Shown: positions 246,022 to 248,000 of the stretch, piece after piece
How positions within the stretch are numbered: the first letter of the stretch is position 1
How the letters are laid out: the number at the start of each line of letters is the position of its first letter
From: Hyalangium minutum
GTDB taxonomy: Bacteria > Myxococcota > Myxococcia > Myxococcales > Myxococcaceae
Assembly (NCBI RefSeq): GCF_000737315.1
Contig: NZ_JMCB01000002.1
Span: 268,001-516,000, forward strand
Direction: 5' to 3'
DNA length: 248,000 nt
Translations under genes and position numbers: made by a program
Notes under the pieces: model-generated
What the model saw: the letters and a program-made list of their open reading frames with translations, nothing else
Told to the model about the DNA's origin: nothing
Databases searched by the model: none

Positions 246022-248000
246022 TCAGGCGGCGGTGCCATCCGTGACGGGGAGCCCGTCCTGGGCTGCCTCTAACACGGTCTCCGCCTGGGGAGCCGGGTGG
246101 CGCACCACCAGCAGCGACACGGGGGAGTCCTGGATGAAGCGCTCGCGCTGCAGGCCCCAGAGCCGCTCCTCCAGGCCCCACTCCTGGCCCACGCCGACGA
246201 TGATCAAGTCATAGCCGCGCGCGGCCTCCGCCAGCGCCGCTTCCTCCGGCTCCGCATGCTCCACCACCTTGAAGGTGACGCGCCGGCCCTCCTCGGGGAA
246301 CAGCTCCTCCACCTGCGCGCTGGCGCGCCCCTTGAGCTCGGGCGAGGTGACGTGCAGCACCGTCACCTCCGCGTCCGCGTGCCGCATGAGCCGCCGCGCC
246401 AGTCCCAGCGCCGCGCGATCATGGGAGCTGCCCATGAAGGGGACGAGCACCCGCCGCACGCTCGACAGCCCGCGGTCCACCAGGACGGCGACGTCCATGC
246501 GCGCCTCTTGCATCACCTCGTGGACCGTGCCGCCCAGCAGCGTGCGGCTCAGCAGGGGCTTGTGCCAGCCCAGCAGCACGAGGTTCGCGCTCTTGGCCGA
246601 GGCCGTGCGGCAGATGTCCGCGCCGGGCTCGCCTGAGACGAAGGAGAGCGGCTTGATGGGGAGGCTCAGCTTGTTCGCGCGCTCCATCATCGGCGTGAGC
246701 GCCGAGGCATCCGCGGGCTGCGCCTCGTGCCGCAGATGGAACGAGGCGCGCTCCGAGGAGGGGATGAGGTGCAGGGCATAGAGCTGGGAGGGATCCTGCC
246801 CTTGGGAGGTGAGGGCGTGCGCCAACGTCACCATGCCCGGCCCCGCGGTACCATGCGAGACGCACATCATCACGGTGAAGGGCGCGGGCATGAGCGCCAG
246901 GGGCACCGAGTTCTCGGGCACCAGGCGGTCGCGCGCCATCTCATCCATGGGGTAGATCCACCGCAGCAGGGGCGTGGTCATGAAGGTGGTGACCAGCGCC
247001 ATGACCACCATCATCGTGAAGAGCTTGGGAGAGATGACGCCCAGGTCCAGGCCGATGTTGAGGACGATGAGCTCCATCAGGCCGCGGGTGTTCATCAGGA
247101 TGCCGACGGCACCCGCCTCGCGCCAGCGCAGGCCCGTCAGCCGGGCGGCCACCGCACTCCCGCCGAACTTGCCCAGGCAGGCCAGCAGGATGATGGCGCC
247201 GCAGGTGAGCCAGGACTCGGCGCTGTTGAGCAGGCCAATCTGCGTACGCAGGCCGCTGTAGGCGAAGAAGATGGGCAGCAGCAGCACCACCGCCACGTCC
247301 TCCAGCTTCTCCGCGAGCGCCGTAGCCAGCCCGCCCTCCTTGGGGATGATGGCGCCCAGCAGGAAGGCCCCGAACAGGGCGTGGATGCCAATGAACTCAG
247401 TGGCCCAACTGGAGGCCAGCAGGAGGATGAGCGTGGCGGCGACGACGTTCTGCGTGAGCCCCTCGCGGCTGGCCACGCGCGCCCCCAGCCGCGCCAGGAA
247501 GGGCCGCACGGCCAGCAGCATGAAGCTGATGTAGAGCACGGTGAAGAGCGTGGTCCACGCCGCGTGCGCCACATCCGAGGCTCGGACGATGGACACCACG
247601 AAGGCCAGCAGGCACCAGCCCGTCACGTCATCCACCGCCGCGCAGGTGATGGCGATGGCGCCCACCCGCGACTGGAGCAGCCGTCGCTCGGTGAGGATGC
247701 GCGCCAGCACCGGGAAGGCGGTGATGCTCATCGCCACGCCCATGAAGAGGACGAAGGAGGAGAACTTCACCGAGGGCTCCGACAGCGACTCGTAGAGCCA
247801 CAGCACCGCGGCGCCCGCGCCGAGCGCGAACGGGACGATAATGCTCGTGTGGCTGATGGCCACCGAGGCGTGGCCCCGGCCCTTGAGGAGCTTGGGGTCC
247901 AACTCCAGGCCGATGAGGAACATGAAGAGGATGAGCCCCACCTGGCTCAGCATCTTCAGGATGCCCATGGAGTTCTGGGGGAACAGGCTCTCCATCACCT
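246022..248000 (-). CDS. CPA2 cation:proton antiporter with C-terminal USP-like domains (5' end outside window)
   Basis: TAFPVLARI, DDV..W, MNTRGL.ELI. Confidence 0.92.
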   Translation of the reverse strand, partial: VMESLFPQNSMGILKMLSQVGLILFMFLIGLELDPKLLKGRGHASVAISHTSIIVPFALGAGAAVLWLYESLSEPSVKFSSFVLFMGVAMSITAFPVLARILTERRLLQSRVGAIAITCAAVDDVTGWCLLAFVVSIVRASDVAHAAWTTLFTVLYISFMLLAVRPFLARLGARVASREGLTQNVVAATLILLLASSWATEFIGIHALFGAFLLGAIIPKEGGLATALAEKLEDVAVVLLLPIFFAYSGLRTQIGLLNSAESWLTCGAIILLACLGKFGGSAVAARLTGLRWREAGAVGILMNTRGLMELIVLNIGLDLGVISPKLFTMMVVMALVTTFMTTPLLRWIYPMDEMARDRLVPENSVPLALMPAPFTVMMCVSHGTAGPGMVTLAHALTSQGQDPSQLYALHLIPSSERASFHLRHEAQPADASALTPMMERANKLSLPIKPLSFVSGEPGADICRTASAKSANLVLLGWHKPLLSRTLLGGTVHEVMQEARMDVAVLVDRGLSSVRRVLVPFMGSSHDRAALGLARRLMRHADAEVTVLHVTSPELKGRASAQVEELFPEEGRRVTFKVVEHAEPEEAALAEAARGYDLIIVGVGQEWGLEERLWGLQRERFIQDSPVSLLVVRHPAPQAETVLEAAQDGLPVTDGTAA

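Overview
A 248 kb, roughly 70% GC chromosomal window from a myxobacterium of the Cystobacterineae type. This assignment is inferred from espAB/pkt, the car operon, SitA-type toxins, MYXO-CTERM tails and many Ser/Thr kinases. No rRNA, complete tRNA or CRISPR array was seen. Recognisable blocks: carotenoid operon with carA/carH and an 11-bp-repeat operator; pktA5-espA-espB-pktB8-like developmental locus; zwf-pgl-gnd; sbcDC; two Fur-boxed iron/heme uptake loci; a heavy-metal RND system with a CorE-like sigma factor and copA; ligD; lhr; several lipoprotein toxin/immunity pairs. Best candidate for an undescribed system: 163587-171442, an operon-like run of an ECF-like sigma factor, HTH protein, ImmA/IrrE peptidase, NurA-like protein lacking its catalytic Asp, HerA ATPase, an NMP-kinase/PurA-family fusion with PurZ0-like substitutions (GSEGKG, TFVDY), a DarT-like protein with no DarG partner, and YjzC. 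Two of its intergenic regions share a 20-bp motif. Second: tmRNA-3'-end-like att fragments, one beside a decayed integrase and two bracketing a toxin-immunity cassette. Family calls come from motif recognition by eye; no database searches were run, and many start codons are best guesses.
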